Made by a program: the position numbers and the translations under genes. A stretch of DNA of 34,657 nt from a bacterium UBA7470 (GTDB lineage Bacteria > Pseudomonadota > Gammaproteobacteria > Burkholderiales > Burkholderiaceae_C), in NCBI GenBank assembly GCA_002479815.1, contig DLPA01000103.1, positions 595 to 35,251 of the forward strand. The letters are read 5' to 3'. The notes under the pieces are model-generated. The model worked only from the letters and a program-made list of their open reading frames with translations. It had not been told where the DNA came from and did not search any database. This document shows, piece by piece, positions 18,683-28,342 of the stretch (the stretch's first letter is position 1; each line of letters opens with the position of its first letter).

Positions 18683-19245
18683 TGTCGTTCAGTATTATTC
18701 TCCGAGCTAAATGCAGTGGTATCGTGTTGGGGGTGACTTTGACGTTGGTTGGGTGCGGTGTATCAGATGAACAAGATTTGACAGAGTGGATGCAGGAGCA
18801 GAGAAACTCATTCAGACCTAAAGTTCAATCAATCACTGAGCCAAAAAAGTTTTTACCAAATCCATACCGTACAGAGGCAGCTGAAGACCCATTCAACAGC
18901 AAAAAACTCGCTGAGGGGGGGGGTGTTGATTTGGAGTCTGCAGAAGCGAAAAACTCTGCTTTGATTGAGCCAGAACTTAAACGCCGCAGAGAGCCTTTAG
19001 AGGGATTTCCTTTGGACACCTTCGCTTTCGTTGGTACGCTAGAGAAATCGAAGGCCAAAATTGGATTACTCAAAGTGAATGAGCAGCTTTATCAAGTGTC
19101 ATTAGGGAATTATTTAGGGCCAAATTATGGAAAAATTCTCTCTATCTCTGAAACTGAAATTTCTTTGCGTGAATTGATCCAAGAAACTGGTGGTGAATGG
19201 GTTGAAAAAACTACTGCAATCCCAATTCAGGAAAATAGAAAATGA
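18682..19245 (+). CDS. pilP: Type IV pilus assembly lipoprotein PilP
   Basis: Lipobox LVG|C and a C-terminal beta-domain (LYQVSLGNYLGPNYGKILSISETEISLRE). The start overlaps the pilO stop by 1 nt. Confidence 0.85.
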   Translation: MSFSIILRAKCSGIVLGVTLTLVGCGVSDEQDLTEWMQEQRNSFRPKVQSITEPKKFLPNPYRTEAAEDPFNSKKLAEGGGVDLESAEAKNSALIEPELKRRREPLEGFPLDTFAFVGTLEKSKAKIGLLKVNEQLYQVSLGNYLGPNYGKILSISETEISLRELIQETGGEWVEKTTAIPIQENRK

Positions 19246-21389
19246 AATTCGTCAAAATTAGCTTTGAAAGTAAATCCATTTTTTTCGCTTTGGCGGCAAT
19301 GGCTATTCTTTTTTTGAACTCAGCATCTGCATCTGAGTTCAAAAAAGTAACTGGCTATCAACAAAATGGAAAAGATATTATTAAAATAGACTTTTCATCT
19401 TCGTTAAAAGAAGAGCCAAAGGTATTCTTGATCCAATCGCCACCCAGAATAGCGATAGATTTTCCTGGCGGAACTTCTGCAGATCAACGTCAGCAATTTG
19501 ATTTCAGCGGTCTGAATACCCGCTCTGCTACCATAGTCCGAGCGGACGATCGCTTGCGTGTAATTTTGGCACTGAAAAAGCTTGCATCGTATCAATTAAA
19601 CAAAGAAGGAGATTCGTTTGTTGTGAGTTTGGATTCTCTTGTGTCAGAGGGATCTCAAGGTCTGGTTTCCAATGAAAAGAATATATCACAAGGAACTCAG
19701 ATTAAAGACATCGACTTTAAGCGATCATCTGATGGAGTGGGAAGAATTATCATCGACTTACCAAACGAAAAAGTAGGTGTTGACGTTCAGCAAAAAGGGG
19801 CTGGTATAGAAATTGAGCTAATCAACGCTCAAATACCAGATGCCTTGATCAAACGATTGGATGTCACTGATTTCGGAACACCTGTGCAGTCAATTACTGC
19901 CAACAGGGTTGCTGGTAAAAGCAAAATATCCATCGCTTCAACTGGTAATTGGGAGTATTCTTCATATCAAAATGACAATCGTTTTGTAGTTGAAGTCAAG
20001 CCGTATAAAAATATGCAGGCTAAAAAAGGCGATGCAGAATTCACAGGCGAGAAATTATCACTGAATTTCCAGAACATTGAAGTCAGGTCGTTATTACAAG
20101 TCATTGCAGATTTTACGAACTTCAACATTGTCACTTCTGACACGGTGGTGGGTACGGTCACGTTGCGGTTAAAAGAAGTTCCTTGGGATCAAGCTTTAGA
20201 TATCATTCTGCAATCCAAAAGTCTCGGCATGAAGAAAACGGGTAATGTGATATGGATTGCCCCTCGTGAAGAGATTGCGTCACGAGAAAAAGCGGAACTG
20301 GAAGCTCGGGTGACTGTCGAAGGCCTGGAGCCTGTGAAAACACAAAGCTTTCAAATGAACTACGCGAAAGCAGTCGACATTGCTTCACAGCTGGGTTCAT
20401 CTTCTGCCAGTGGCGCACCACAAGGCGTTGGTAACAATCAATCACAAGGGCTTCTTTCACCCCGTGGTCGGGCAGTCGCTGAGCCCAGAACTAACCAGTT
20501 ATTTGTCTCAGACATTCCAAGTCGCCTACAGCAAATCGCAGACTTGATTTCTAAGTTAGACGTACCTGTACGCCAGGTTTTGATAGAGGCGAGAATTGTC
20601 GAGGCAGATGATAAATTCAGCAGATCTCTGGGGGTGCGATTGGGAGGCGCTGATTTAAGAGGTGTTCGTGGTGGTGATGCAGGCTATTCGATTGGGGGTA
20701 AAAACCGGGTGGCATTGGGGGGAACCTACGATGCCATTAACACGACAACAGGAGCAGGGATCGTACCACTCACAACTACCAACACCACTTTTTATAATTT
20801 GCCAGCTGCTGCATTAGGGGGCTTCAACCCTGCCAGCTTTGCGTTGTCTTTGTTCAATTCGTCAGCAAACAGATACTTGAATTTAGAGCTGTCTGCTTTA
20901 GAGGCCGACGGTCGAGGAAAAATCGTTTCTAGTCCACGTGTCGTCACAGCTGATCAAGTCAAAGCCATCATTGAGCAAGGTGTAGAGTACCCGTACCAAA
21001 CAGCAGCAGCAAGTGGCGCTACGACACTGGCATTTCGTCGTGCAGGCTTAAAACTGGAGGTCACACCACAGATTACGCCCGAAGGGAATGTCATACTTGA
21101 TGTCCAGGTCAACAAAGACAGTCCAGGAGAGATATTGCTAGGCGCACGAGCAATTAACACCAAAAGGGTACAAACGCAGGTGTTGGTTGAAAATGGCGGT
21201 ACAGTTGTGATTGGCGGGATATTTGAGTCTGAAGAGCAAGATGCTGAAAATAAGGTTCCTTTTCTAGGCGACGTGCCTGTTGTTGGAAACTTGTTCAAAT
21301 CTAGAAGCAAAACATCAAACAAGTCCGAATTACTGGTATTCATAACGCCGAAGGTGGTTTCCACCAAGGATTTCGTTCGTAATAATTGA
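19242..21389 (+). CDS. pilQ: Type IV pilus secretin PilQ
   Basis: Sec signal, two N-terminal AMIN-like repeats, and an N0/N1 region (EKLSLNFQNIEVRSLLQVIADF). The C-terminal secretin domain includes VPFLGDVPVVGNLFK...ELLVFITPKVV. Confidence 0.93.
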   Translation: MKFVKISFESKSIFFALAAMAILFLNSASASEFKKVTGYQQNGKDIIKIDFSSSLKEEPKVFLIQSPPRIAIDFPGGTSADQRQQFDFSGLNTRSATIVRADDRLRVILALKKLASYQLNKEGDSFVVSLDSLVSEGSQGLVSNEKNISQGTQIKDIDFKRSSDGVGRIIIDLPNEKVGVDVQQKGAGIEIELINAQIPDALIKRLDVTDFGTPVQSITANRVAGKSKISIASTGNWEYSSYQNDNRFVVEVKPYKNMQAKKGDAEFTGEKLSLNFQNIEVRSLLQVIADFTNFNIVTSDTVVGTVTLRLKEVPWDQALDIILQSKSLGMKKTGNVIWIAPREEIASREKAELEARVTVEGLEPVKTQSFQMNYAKAVDIASQLGSSSASGAPQGVGNNQSQGLLSPRGRAVAEPRTNQLFVSDIPSRLQQIADLISKLDVPVRQVLIEARIVEADDKFSRSLGVRLGGADLRGVRGGDAGYSIGGKNRVALGGTYDAINTTTGAGIVPLTTTNTTFYNLPAAALGGFNPASFALSLFNSSANRYLNLELSALEADGRGKIVSSPRVVTADQVKAIIEQGVEYPYQTAAASGATTLAFRRAGLKLEVTPQITPEGNVILDVQVNKDSPGEILLGARAINTKRVQTQVLVENGGTVVIGGIFESEEQDAENKVPFLGDVPVVGNLFKSRSKTSNKSELLVFITPKVVSTKDFVRNN

Positions 21390-21400
21390 AGAGGTTAATC

Positions 21401-23284
21401 ATGAGTTTTTTAAAACTATGGATCTGCTGTCTGCTTGGGTTGCTGACAGCCTGCGGTGGTGGTGGGGGAAGTGCAGGCGTGCCTACAGGATCAGCCAGTC
21501 CCTCTAACTTCATTGTGAACGCACCCTCCACGCTGACACTGCCTATTGGGCAATCGGCGAATTACGCCATCACAGGAGGCAAAGCGCCCTATGCGGTCAC
21601 TACATCTGCGCCAGATGTCGCAAAGGTGTTGGTCAATGGTTCCGAGTTGTTGATTGCTGCTTTGAAGAAAGGAACCACAAACGTGGTCGTATCGCCTTCA
21701 GGGGGAGGGGCATCTTATTCAATCAGCGTTGAAGTTATAGAGAGCTCTCAGGCCTTGCAAGTCCAGGCGCCTGATGCCATCAGTCTCATTCCTTCTAACG
21801 TCGTTGAATACTCCATCAGCGGTGGTTCTCCACCATACCGAGCCACTGTTGGAAATGTCAATGTGGCTGCGGTATCCATACAAAGTGGGATGCTGAAAAT
21901 TCAAGCACTTTCCATTGGTATCACGGCAGTACAAGTTTTCGATGCAAACAACAACAAGGTCGAGAAGTCAGTTTCTGTACTTAACTCGATCGGCCCTGTT
22001 CTTTTTTCGACAGCTCCATCCTCACTGACGATGGTTGCCGGTTCTAACAACACTTTCTCCGTCGGTGGGGGACTGCCCCCTTATACTGCCACCTCCAGTA
22101 ATTCGACCGTCATGAATGTCGGCGTTTCTGGCAACACGCTGACCGTATCAGCCTATTCTGAAGGACTTGCTGATTTGATCTTGAAAGATGCAGCTGGTAC
22201 TTCTGTATCCATATCAGGAACCGTTCCACCAAGCAGTGTCGTGCCCTTGTTCACGAACGCGCCAGCCACATTGACGTTGCAGTCCACAGGTGGAGCGCGG
22301 GATTTCGTCATTGGCGGTGGTAAAGCACCATATACCGCGCAATCTGGCAATCCTGCTTCCGTACGAGTATCTGTAACGGGTACGGTCTTAGCAGTCACGC
22401 CTGCAAGCGACGGTACAGCATCAGTGACTGTGACAGATGCGACGGGTGCTCAAAAGACATTCAATGTCACGGTTGTCTCTGGCGGATCTTCTACAACAGC
22501 ACTATTTACGACAGCTCCTACAACTTTGAGTATTTCTCCCAACAGCACCCTGACATTCGCGATAGGGGGAGGAACAGCGCCCTACGCAGCAGCCACAAGT
22601 AATCAGCAGGTGGTTAATGCAAGCGTCGCTGGAACACAGTTGACACTTGCAGCGCCGAGCGGGGCAACTGGAGCGGCAAACGTTGTGATTACAGATGCCA
22701 GTGGTGGCAAAATAACCGTTGTAGTGACGGCAAGTAGCGCAGCAACCACCACACTCAGCTTAAGTGCATCCATACTGAGTTTGCCGGTGAACACCCCTGG
22801 CTCTGTTCGTATCATTGGTGGAGCACCCCCTTACACCGTCACCTCTGCTATTCCTAGTGCTCTTTCTGTATCTCCTAGCACCTTGACCACGGCTGGTGAG
22901 TTTACTTTGACGCCATTGTTGCTTTCTGTTTTGGATGTCACAGTCGTTGACTCTGCAGGTGTCTCTGCAAAAGTGAACGTAACGATCACTGCTGGGACGT
23001 TGGGCATCCGTATGGCACCATCCAATCTGACCATCTCTGAAAACTTTGCCAATCAAACGATCAACCTCACCTTGGTTGGCCAGTCCGCTGGCGACTACAG
23101 AATCTTTAGCAGTGATGTAAGCCGCATTCAAGTTGTGACACCTGTGAGGTCTGACGGTGTGATTGAGTTGACGACCGCCGGTAGTGCTGCTTTAGGGGTC
23201 GCATCAGATACCGATGTCACAATTACAGTCGTCGATTCTCAAAATAGGATCGCGACATCGGTCATCACTGTCCGAAATAACTAA
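21401..23284 (+). CDS. Uncharacterised lipoprotein with seven tandem Ig-like (He_PIG/Big-like) repeats
   Basis: GAAGAGG lies 6 nt before ATG 21401. The track start, TTG 21386, overlaps the pilQ stop. Lipobox LTA|C is followed by a GGGGG linker. There are seven repeats of about 80-90 aa, each with (T/N)APxxL(T/S)(L/M/I); six of them also carry GGx(A/P)PY. No catalytic motif is recognisable. Confidence 0.8.
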   Translation: MSFLKLWICCLLGLLTACGGGGGSAGVPTGSASPSNFIVNAPSTLTLPIGQSANYAITGGKAPYAVTTSAPDVAKVLVNGSELLIAALKKGTTNVVVSPSGGGASYSISVEVIESSQALQVQAPDAISLIPSNVVEYSISGGSPPYRATVGNVNVAAVSIQSGMLKIQALSIGITAVQVFDANNNKVEKSVSVLNSIGPVLFSTAPSSLTMVAGSNNTFSVGGGLPPYTATSSNSTVMNVGVSGNTLTVSAYSEGLADLILKDAAGTSVSISGTVPPSSVVPLFTNAPATLTLQSTGGARDFVIGGGKAPYTAQSGNPASVRVSVTGTVLAVTPASDGTASVTVTDATGAQKTFNVTVVSGGSSTTALFTTAPTTLSISPNSTLTFAIGGGTAPYAAATSNQQVVNASVAGTQLTLAAPSGATGAANVVITDASGGKITVVVTASSAATTTLSLSASILSLPVNTPGSVRIIGGAPPYTVTSAIPSALSVSPSTLTTAGEFTLTPLLLSVLDVTVVDSAGVSAKVNVTITAGTLGIRMAPSNLTISENFANQTINLTLVGQSAGDYRIFSSDVSRIQVVTPVRSDGVIELTTAGSAALGVASDTDVTITVVDSQNRIATSVITVRNN

Positions 23285-23312
23285 CGTAACTAAAGTTTTA
23301 CTGGTAACTAGA

Positions 23313-23345
23313 AAGGCCATAAGCTTGCTTATGGCCTTCATTTTT
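23313..23345 (+). terminator. Terminator-like hairpin after the repeat lipoprotein gene
   Basis: Perfect 11-bp stem: AAGGCCATAAG (23313-23323) pairs with CTTATGGCCTT (23328-23338), loop CTTG, followed by CATTTTTA. It overlaps the first ATG of the hisC reading frame. Confidence 0.55.
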
Positions 23346-24419
23346 AGGAATAAAAGTTTGCGAGTCATTCGTCAAGACGTTCAATCCATGCACGCCTACG
23401 CCATCCAGAATGCAGACGGCATGGTGAAGCTGGATGCGATGGAAAATCCTTATGTGTTGCCGTCTTCCTTACAAACGGAATTGGGACAACGCTTAGGACA
23501 ATCAGCGCTCCATCGTTATCCTGCCAATCGGATTGATGTTCTCCGACACAAGCTGATGGAGTATGTGCAGCTGCCTACAGGTTACGACTTGATGCTCGGT
23601 AATGGATCTGACGAGTTGATTTCTTTACTGGCCATTGCCTGCGACTTACCAAACGCGTCTATTTTGGCTCCAGTTCCTGGGTTTGTGATGTATGCCATGA
23701 GTGCCCAGCTGCAAGGGTTAGCGTTCCATGGTGTGCCCTTAACAGCGGAATTTGAGTTGGATGAGGTGGCGATGCAAGAGGCTATTCAAACGCATCAGCC
23801 TGCGATACTGTATTTGGCGTATCCTAATAATCCCACAGCCAATCTTTGGGATGAGCAGGTGATGGATCGTTTGATTCAATGTCAGGCTGAACATGGGGGG
23901 TTGGTCGTCATTGACGAGGCCTACCAACCCTTTGCCTCTCAATCGTATGTGCTGAAGATGCAGCAATATCCCCACCTTTTGCTCATGCGAACCTTGTCTA
24001 AATTTGGGCTGGCGGGGGTGCGTATTGGATATTTGCTTGGAGCTCAGGCACTCATTGCAGAAATCAACAAGGTTCGCCCCCCCTACAACGTCAGTATTTT
24101 GAATGCTGAATGTGCCATATTCGCTTTGGAACATCAGGATGTGTTTGCTGCACAAGCGAAAGAAATTTGTGCTCAGCGGTCTTTCCTGCTTGCAAGTTTA
24201 TCGGCGATGTCAGGCGTTAAAGCTTACCCGAGCGAAGCGAATATGATTCTTGTTCGGGTTCCCAATGCAAATTTGTGCTTTGAACGCTTAAAACAGAAGG
24301 GCATATTGGTCAAAAATGTTTCTAAAATGCACGATCTGCTGAACAATTGTTTGCGCTTGACTGTAGGCACGCCTGATGAAAATGCGAAGTTGTTGAGCGC
24401 ATTGCAAGCATCGCTTTAA
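23331..24419 (+). CDS. hisC: Histidinol-phosphate aminotransferase
   Basis: VKLDAMENPYVLP N-terminal block, and the PLP lysine in the RTLSKFGLAGVRIGY motif. The start is either ATG 23331 (inside the hairpin) or TTG 23358, which has AGGAA 7 nt upstream. Confidence 0.92.
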   Translation: MAFIFRNKSLRVIRQDVQSMHAYAIQNADGMVKLDAMENPYVLPSSLQTELGQRLGQSALHRYPANRIDVLRHKLMEYVQLPTGYDLMLGNGSDELISLLAIACDLPNASILAPVPGFVMYAMSAQLQGLAFHGVPLTAEFELDEVAMQEAIQTHQPAILYLAYPNNPTANLWDEQVMDRLIQCQAEHGGLVVIDEAYQPFASQSYVLKMQQYPHLLLMRTLSKFGLAGVRIGYLLGAQALIAEINKVRPPYNVSILNAECAIFALEHQDVFAAQAKEICAQRSFLLASLSAMSGVKAYPSEANMILVRVPNANLCFERLKQKGILVKNVSKMHDLLNNCLRLTVGTPDENAKLLSALQASL

Positions 24420-24432
24420 TTTTTGACTATCC

Positions 24433-25032
24433 ATGACATCGACAGCTCGCTACGCGCAAGTACAGCGCGATACAGCAGAAACCAAAATTTGTATCGCCTT
24501 GAATTTGGACGGGACTGGTCAGTCTCGACTGGCAACCGGCATTGGCTTTTTCGATCACATGTTGGACCAGTTGGCCCGTCATGGTTTGATGGATTTGGAA
24601 GTGCAAGTAGAAGGGGACTTGCACATTGACGGGCACCACACCGTAGAAGACGTAGGGATCACTCTAGGGCAAGCATTTTCAAAAGCCGTTGGTGATAAAA
24701 AAGGTGTCCGGCGCTATGGCCACGCGTATGTTCCTTTAGATGAAGCCTTGTCCCGTGTCGTCATTGATCTGTCTGGACGACCTGGGCTGCATATGGATGT
24801 GCCCTTTACGGCCTCGATGGTCGGTGGTTTCGATACGCAATTGACATTTGAATTCTTTCAGGGCTTTGTCAACCATGCTGGTGTGACGCTGCACATAGAT
24901 AATTTGCGTGGCAAAAATGCCCACCACCAAGCAGAAACGGTCTTCAAAGCCTTTGCGCGCGCGTTGCGAATGGCCGTTGAATTTGATGCTCGATCTGCCA
25001 ATATGATCCCCTCTACTAAAGGCGCTCTTTGA
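24433..25032 (+). CDS. hisB: Imidazoleglycerol-phosphate dehydratase
   Basis: RDTAETKI..., [23 protein letters not shown] and [15 protein letters not shown] motifs. At 199 aa it is the monofunctional form. Confidence 0.95.
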   Translation: MTSTARYAQVQRDTAETKICIALNLDGTGQSRLATGIGFFDHMLDQLARHGLMDLEVQVEGDLHIDGHHTVEDVGITLGQAFSKAVGDKKGVRRYGHAYVPLDEALSRVVIDLSGRPGLHMDVPFTASMVGGFDTQLTFEFFQGFVNHAGVTLHIDNLRGKNAHHQAETVFKAFARALRMAVEFDARSANMIPSTKGAL

Positions 25033-25093
25033 GTCTTTTACGTATAGTGCTGATTAACCCTTTGCACAAGCTATAGAACTAGCGGTCATTGTC

Positions 25094-25759
25094 ATGGTAC
25101 AAAAAAAGCTGGCTGTCGTTGATTACGGCAGTGGCAACCTTCGTTCAGTTTCCCAAGCGGTCATTCATGCTGCAAAAGACAGCTTTTTTGATGTGGTGGT
25201 CACGTCTGATCCCCAACAGGTATTCGATGCGGATCGGGTTGTCTTACCCGGTCAGGGGCACATGGGCGACTGTATGCGCGAGTTGACGGAATCTGGTCTG
25301 CTGAATGCAGTGCTTCACGCTGCTGCACATAAACCACTCTTTGGGGTATGCGTCGGGATGCAAATGTTGCTGAACGACAGTGAAGAGGGCAATACCCAAG
25401 GGCTAGGCTTGATTCCTGGACACGTCAAGCGATTTGAGTTGCAAGGGCGAATCCAGCCTGATGGCAGTCGTTACAAAGTCCCTCAAATGGGGTGGAATCG
25501 CGTTTTTCATCGTCTTCCCTACACCGATGCGTCGCATTCCATGTGGGATGGTATTCCTGACGGTACGTACTTTTATTTTGTTCACAGCTACTTTGCTCAA
25601 CCTGTCAAAAATGAGCATATTGCTGGTGAAACTGACTATGGTGGTCGGTTTGCCGCAAGCATTGCGCGGGACAACTTGTTCGCAACACAGTTTCACCCTG
25701 AAAAAAGTGCCGATCAGGGATTGCAGCTTTATCGTAATTTTTTGTTCTGGACTCCTTAA
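25094..25759 (+). CDS. hisH: Imidazole glycerol phosphate synthase, glutamine amidotransferase subunit
   Basis: [12 protein letters not shown], catalytic Cys in GVCVGMQML, and FVHSY...QFHPEKS. Confidence 0.95.
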   Translation: MVQKKLAVVDYGSGNLRSVSQAVIHAAKDSFFDVVVTSDPQQVFDADRVVLPGQGHMGDCMRELTESGLLNAVLHAAAHKPLFGVCVGMQMLLNDSEEGNTQGLGLIPGHVKRFELQGRIQPDGSRYKVPQMGWNRVFHRLPYTDASHSMWDGIPDGTYFYFVHSYFAQPVKNEHIAGETDYGGRFAASIARDNLFATQFHPEKSADQGLQLYRNFLFWTP

Positions 25760-25828
25760 AGCACCACACAGCATGGTTGTGTGCTGCGATGCTTTGTTTT
25801 TCTTTTCACCTTACTTTTCTTATTTGCC

Positions 25829-26572
25829 ATGTTGCTCATTCCTGCCATTGATATGAAAGATGGTCTCTGTGTTCGCCTGATTCAGGGGGATATGGATCAA
25901 ACAACCGTGTTTGGAGACGATCCGGCCGCTGTTGCGCGGGGATGGGTGGATAAAGGGGCCAGACGGGTCCATCTTGTGGATTTGAACGGTGCATTTGCAG
26001 GAAAACCGAAAAACGAAGCTGCCATTCGTAAAGTGCTCAAAGAAATCGGTCATGAGGTCGATGTTCAGTTGGGCGGGGGCATTCGTGATTTGGATACCAT
26101 CGAACGGTATTTGGATGCAGGTCTGCGTTATGTCATTATTGGCACGGCGGCGGTCAAAAATCCAGGCTTTTTACAAGATGCGTGTTCCGCGTTTGGTGGG
26201 CACATCATCGTTGGATTAGATGCGCGGGACGGCAAAGTCGCTACCGACGGTTGGAGCAAGCTGACCGGTCATCAGGTCGTGGACTTGGCGAAGAAATTTG
26301 AAGACTACGGCGTGGAGTCCATCATCTACACCGATATTGGTCGTGATGGGATGCTCAGTGGCATCAATGTCGAAGCCACCGTCAAGTTGGCTCAAGCCTT
26401 GAGTATTCCGGTGATTGCCTCTGGTGGACTATCGAACTTGGACGACATTCGCGCGCTGTGTGCAGTGGAGAGCGAAGGCGTTTCTGGCGTGATTTGTGGC
26501 CGTTCTATTTACAGTGGTGATTTGGATTTCCAAGCCGCACAAAACTTGGCCGATGAGCTGACCCAAGCTTAA
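25829..26572 (+). CDS. hisA: ProFAR isomerase (1-(5-phosphoribosyl)-5-[(5-phosphoribosylamino)methylideneamino]imidazole-4-carboxamide isomerase)
   Basis: [17 protein letters not shown] start motif, LVDLNGA, and GGGIRD. Start at ATG 25829 within track ORF 25781..26572. Confidence 0.94.
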   Translation: MLLIPAIDMKDGLCVRLIQGDMDQTTVFGDDPAAVARGWVDKGARRVHLVDLNGAFAGKPKNEAAIRKVLKEIGHEVDVQLGGGIRDLDTIERYLDAGLRYVIIGTAAVKNPGFLQDACSAFGGHIIVGLDARDGKVATDGWSKLTGHQVVDLAKKFEDYGVESIIYTDIGRDGMLSGINVEATVKLAQALSIPVIASGGLSNLDDIRALCAVESEGVSGVICGRSIYSGDLDFQAAQNLADELTQA

Positions 26573-26598
26573 AGCCCACAACCGCGACACATCTATTT

Positions 26599-27399
26599 AT
26601 GTTGGCAAAACGCATCATTCCCTGTTTAGACGTGACAGGTGGTCGGGTCGTCAAAGGGGTTAACTTTGTGGAGTTGCGTGACGCAGGCGATCCAGTCGAA
26701 ATTGCAGCCCGTTACAACGAACAAGGGGCGGATGAACTCACCTTTTTAGACATCACCGCCACCAGTGATGGGCGTGATCTGATCTTGCACATCATCGAGG
26801 CCGTTGCCAGTCAAGTGTTCATTCCTTTGACTGTCGGTGGTGGTGTGCGAACGGTGGAAGACGTGCGCCGTTTGCTCAATGCGGGAGCTGACAAAACCAG
26901 TTTCAACTCTGCCGCCATTGCCAATCCCGAAGTCATCGACGCTGCAGCGACGAAATATGGTTCCCAGTGCATTGTGGTCGCGATTGATGCCAAACGCCGT
27001 CTGCCAGAGGACGAACGCCGACTCAACGCGGATGGGCAAGCCGTCGGGCCGGGTTGGGATGTATATAGCCACGGCGGCCGAAAAAATACGCACTTAGATG
27101 CCCTCACATGGGCCAAAGACATGGCCCGACGCGGTGCGGGTGAAATTCTGCTCACCAGCATGGATAGAGACGGCACCAAGGCCGGTTTTGATCTGGCGTT
27201 GACCCGTGCCGTTGTGGATGTGGTGGATATTCCTGTGATCGCCTCAGGCGGTGTGGGCAATTTGGATCACTTGGCCGATGGCGTGCAGCAAGGTGGTGCA
27301 GATGCCGTGCTTGCGGCCAGCATTTTCCATTACGGTGAATACACGGTCGCTCAAGCCAAAGCACGCATGGCCGAGCGCGGTATTCCAGTTCGTTTATAA
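26599..27399 (+). CDS. hisF: Imidazole glycerol phosphate synthase, cyclase subunit
   Basis: [32 protein letters not shown], and [10 protein letters not shown]. Confidence 0.96.
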   Translation: MLAKRIIPCLDVTGGRVVKGVNFVELRDAGDPVEIAARYNEQGADELTFLDITATSDGRDLILHIIEAVASQVFIPLTVGGGVRTVEDVRRLLNAGADKTSFNSAAIANPEVIDAAATKYGSQCIVVAIDAKRRLPEDERRLNADGQAVGPGWDVYSHGGRKNTHLDALTWAKDMARRGAGEILLTSMDRDGTKAGFDLALTRAVVDVVDIPVIASGGVGNLDHLADGVQQGGADAVLAASIFHYGEYTVAQAKARMAERGIPVRL

Positions 27400-27451
27400 A
27401 AACCATTCTTGCGCTTTATTGATAAGCGGTGAATGCTATTGAAAGCATATT

Positions 27452-27841
27452 TTGAGCTGGTTAGATCAAATCAAATGGGATGCCCACGGCTTAGTGCCAG
27501 TGATTGCCCAAGAGCAAGCCACAGGCGATGTGTTGATGTTCGCATGGATGAATCGTGAAGCTTTAGAGAAAACCGCTGCTCTTGGGCGAGCGGTGTATTT
27601 CAGCCGCTCGCGTGGGAAACTGTGGTTCAAAGGCGAAGAATCCGGTCACGTTCAGCTTGTACACGACATTCGCTTGGATTGCGACAACGATGTCGTCTTG
27701 CTCAAAGTGACACAGCAAGGTCACGAGCCGAGCATTGCCTGTCATACAGGGCGGCACAGCTGTTTTTTCCAGCAATATCAGCAAGGTGCTTGGGTGTCTG
27801 TGGAGCAGGTGTTGAAAGACCCGCACGACATTTACCCATAA
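27452..27841 (+). CDS. hisI: Phosphoribosyl-AMP cyclohydrolase
   Basis: GLVPVIAQ...[15 protein letters not shown]...[12 protein letters not shown] start at 27452. Confidence 0.93.
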   Translation: MSWLDQIKWDAHGLVPVIAQEQATGDVLMFAWMNREALEKTAALGRAVYFSRSRGKLWFKGEESGHVQLVHDIRLDCDNDVVLLKVTQQGHEPSIACHTGRHSCFFQQYQQGAWVSVEQVLKDPHDIYP

Positions 27842-27869
27842 GCACCTCTATCAACCGACTGCTGAACCC

Positions 27870-28271
27870 ATGTCTATGAACACTTCTGACCTACCTGTCG
27901 TGACTGGTGAGGATATGCTGGCACGCCTGGCGCAAGTGCTGGAAAGCCGTAAACCTCAGCATGGCGGAGACCCGCAAACCAGTTACGTGGCCCGCTTGTT
28001 TCATAAAGGGCCAGATGCCTTTTTGAAAAAAATTGGTGAGGAAGCCACCGAAGTCGTCATGGCGGCCAAGGATATGCAGCACGGTGGAGCCGCGCAATCC
28101 TTGGTCAATGAAGTGGCCGATTTGTGGTTTCACAGCATGGTGGCCTTGTCGTATTACGGACTCACTCCTGCGGATGTGATTGCTGAAATGGCACGCCGCG
28201 AAGGGCAAAGCGGGCTAGAAGAAAAAGCCTTGCGCAAAGTCAAAGAGCGTGAACAACAAAGAGGCTCTTGA
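27870..28271 (+). CDS. hisE: Phosphoribosyl-ATP pyrophosphatase
   Basis: [31 protein letters not shown]...[13 protein letters not shown]. Confidence 0.92.
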   Translation: MSMNTSDLPVVTGEDMLARLAQVLESRKPQHGGDPQTSYVARLFHKGPDAFLKKIGEEATEVVMAAKDMQHGGAAQSLVNEVADLWFHSMVALSYYGLTPADVIAEMARREGQSGLEEKALRKVKEREQQRGS

Positions 28272-28342
28272 AGTCTGGTCATACTTGCCTCACCTAAAGG
28301 CTCTATCATGTGTATGTCTTCGTCCTTCATTACAGGGGCGAC

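Noticed and set aside
25760-25828. Imperfect hairpin (AGCACCACACA...TGTGTGCT) followed by a T-rich tract between hisH and hisA, considered as a possible internal attenuator.
   Set aside because: The stem needs a bulge and the T-run is separated from it by 7 nt. An internal terminator inside a his operon is unlikely. It is probably just spacer sequence.
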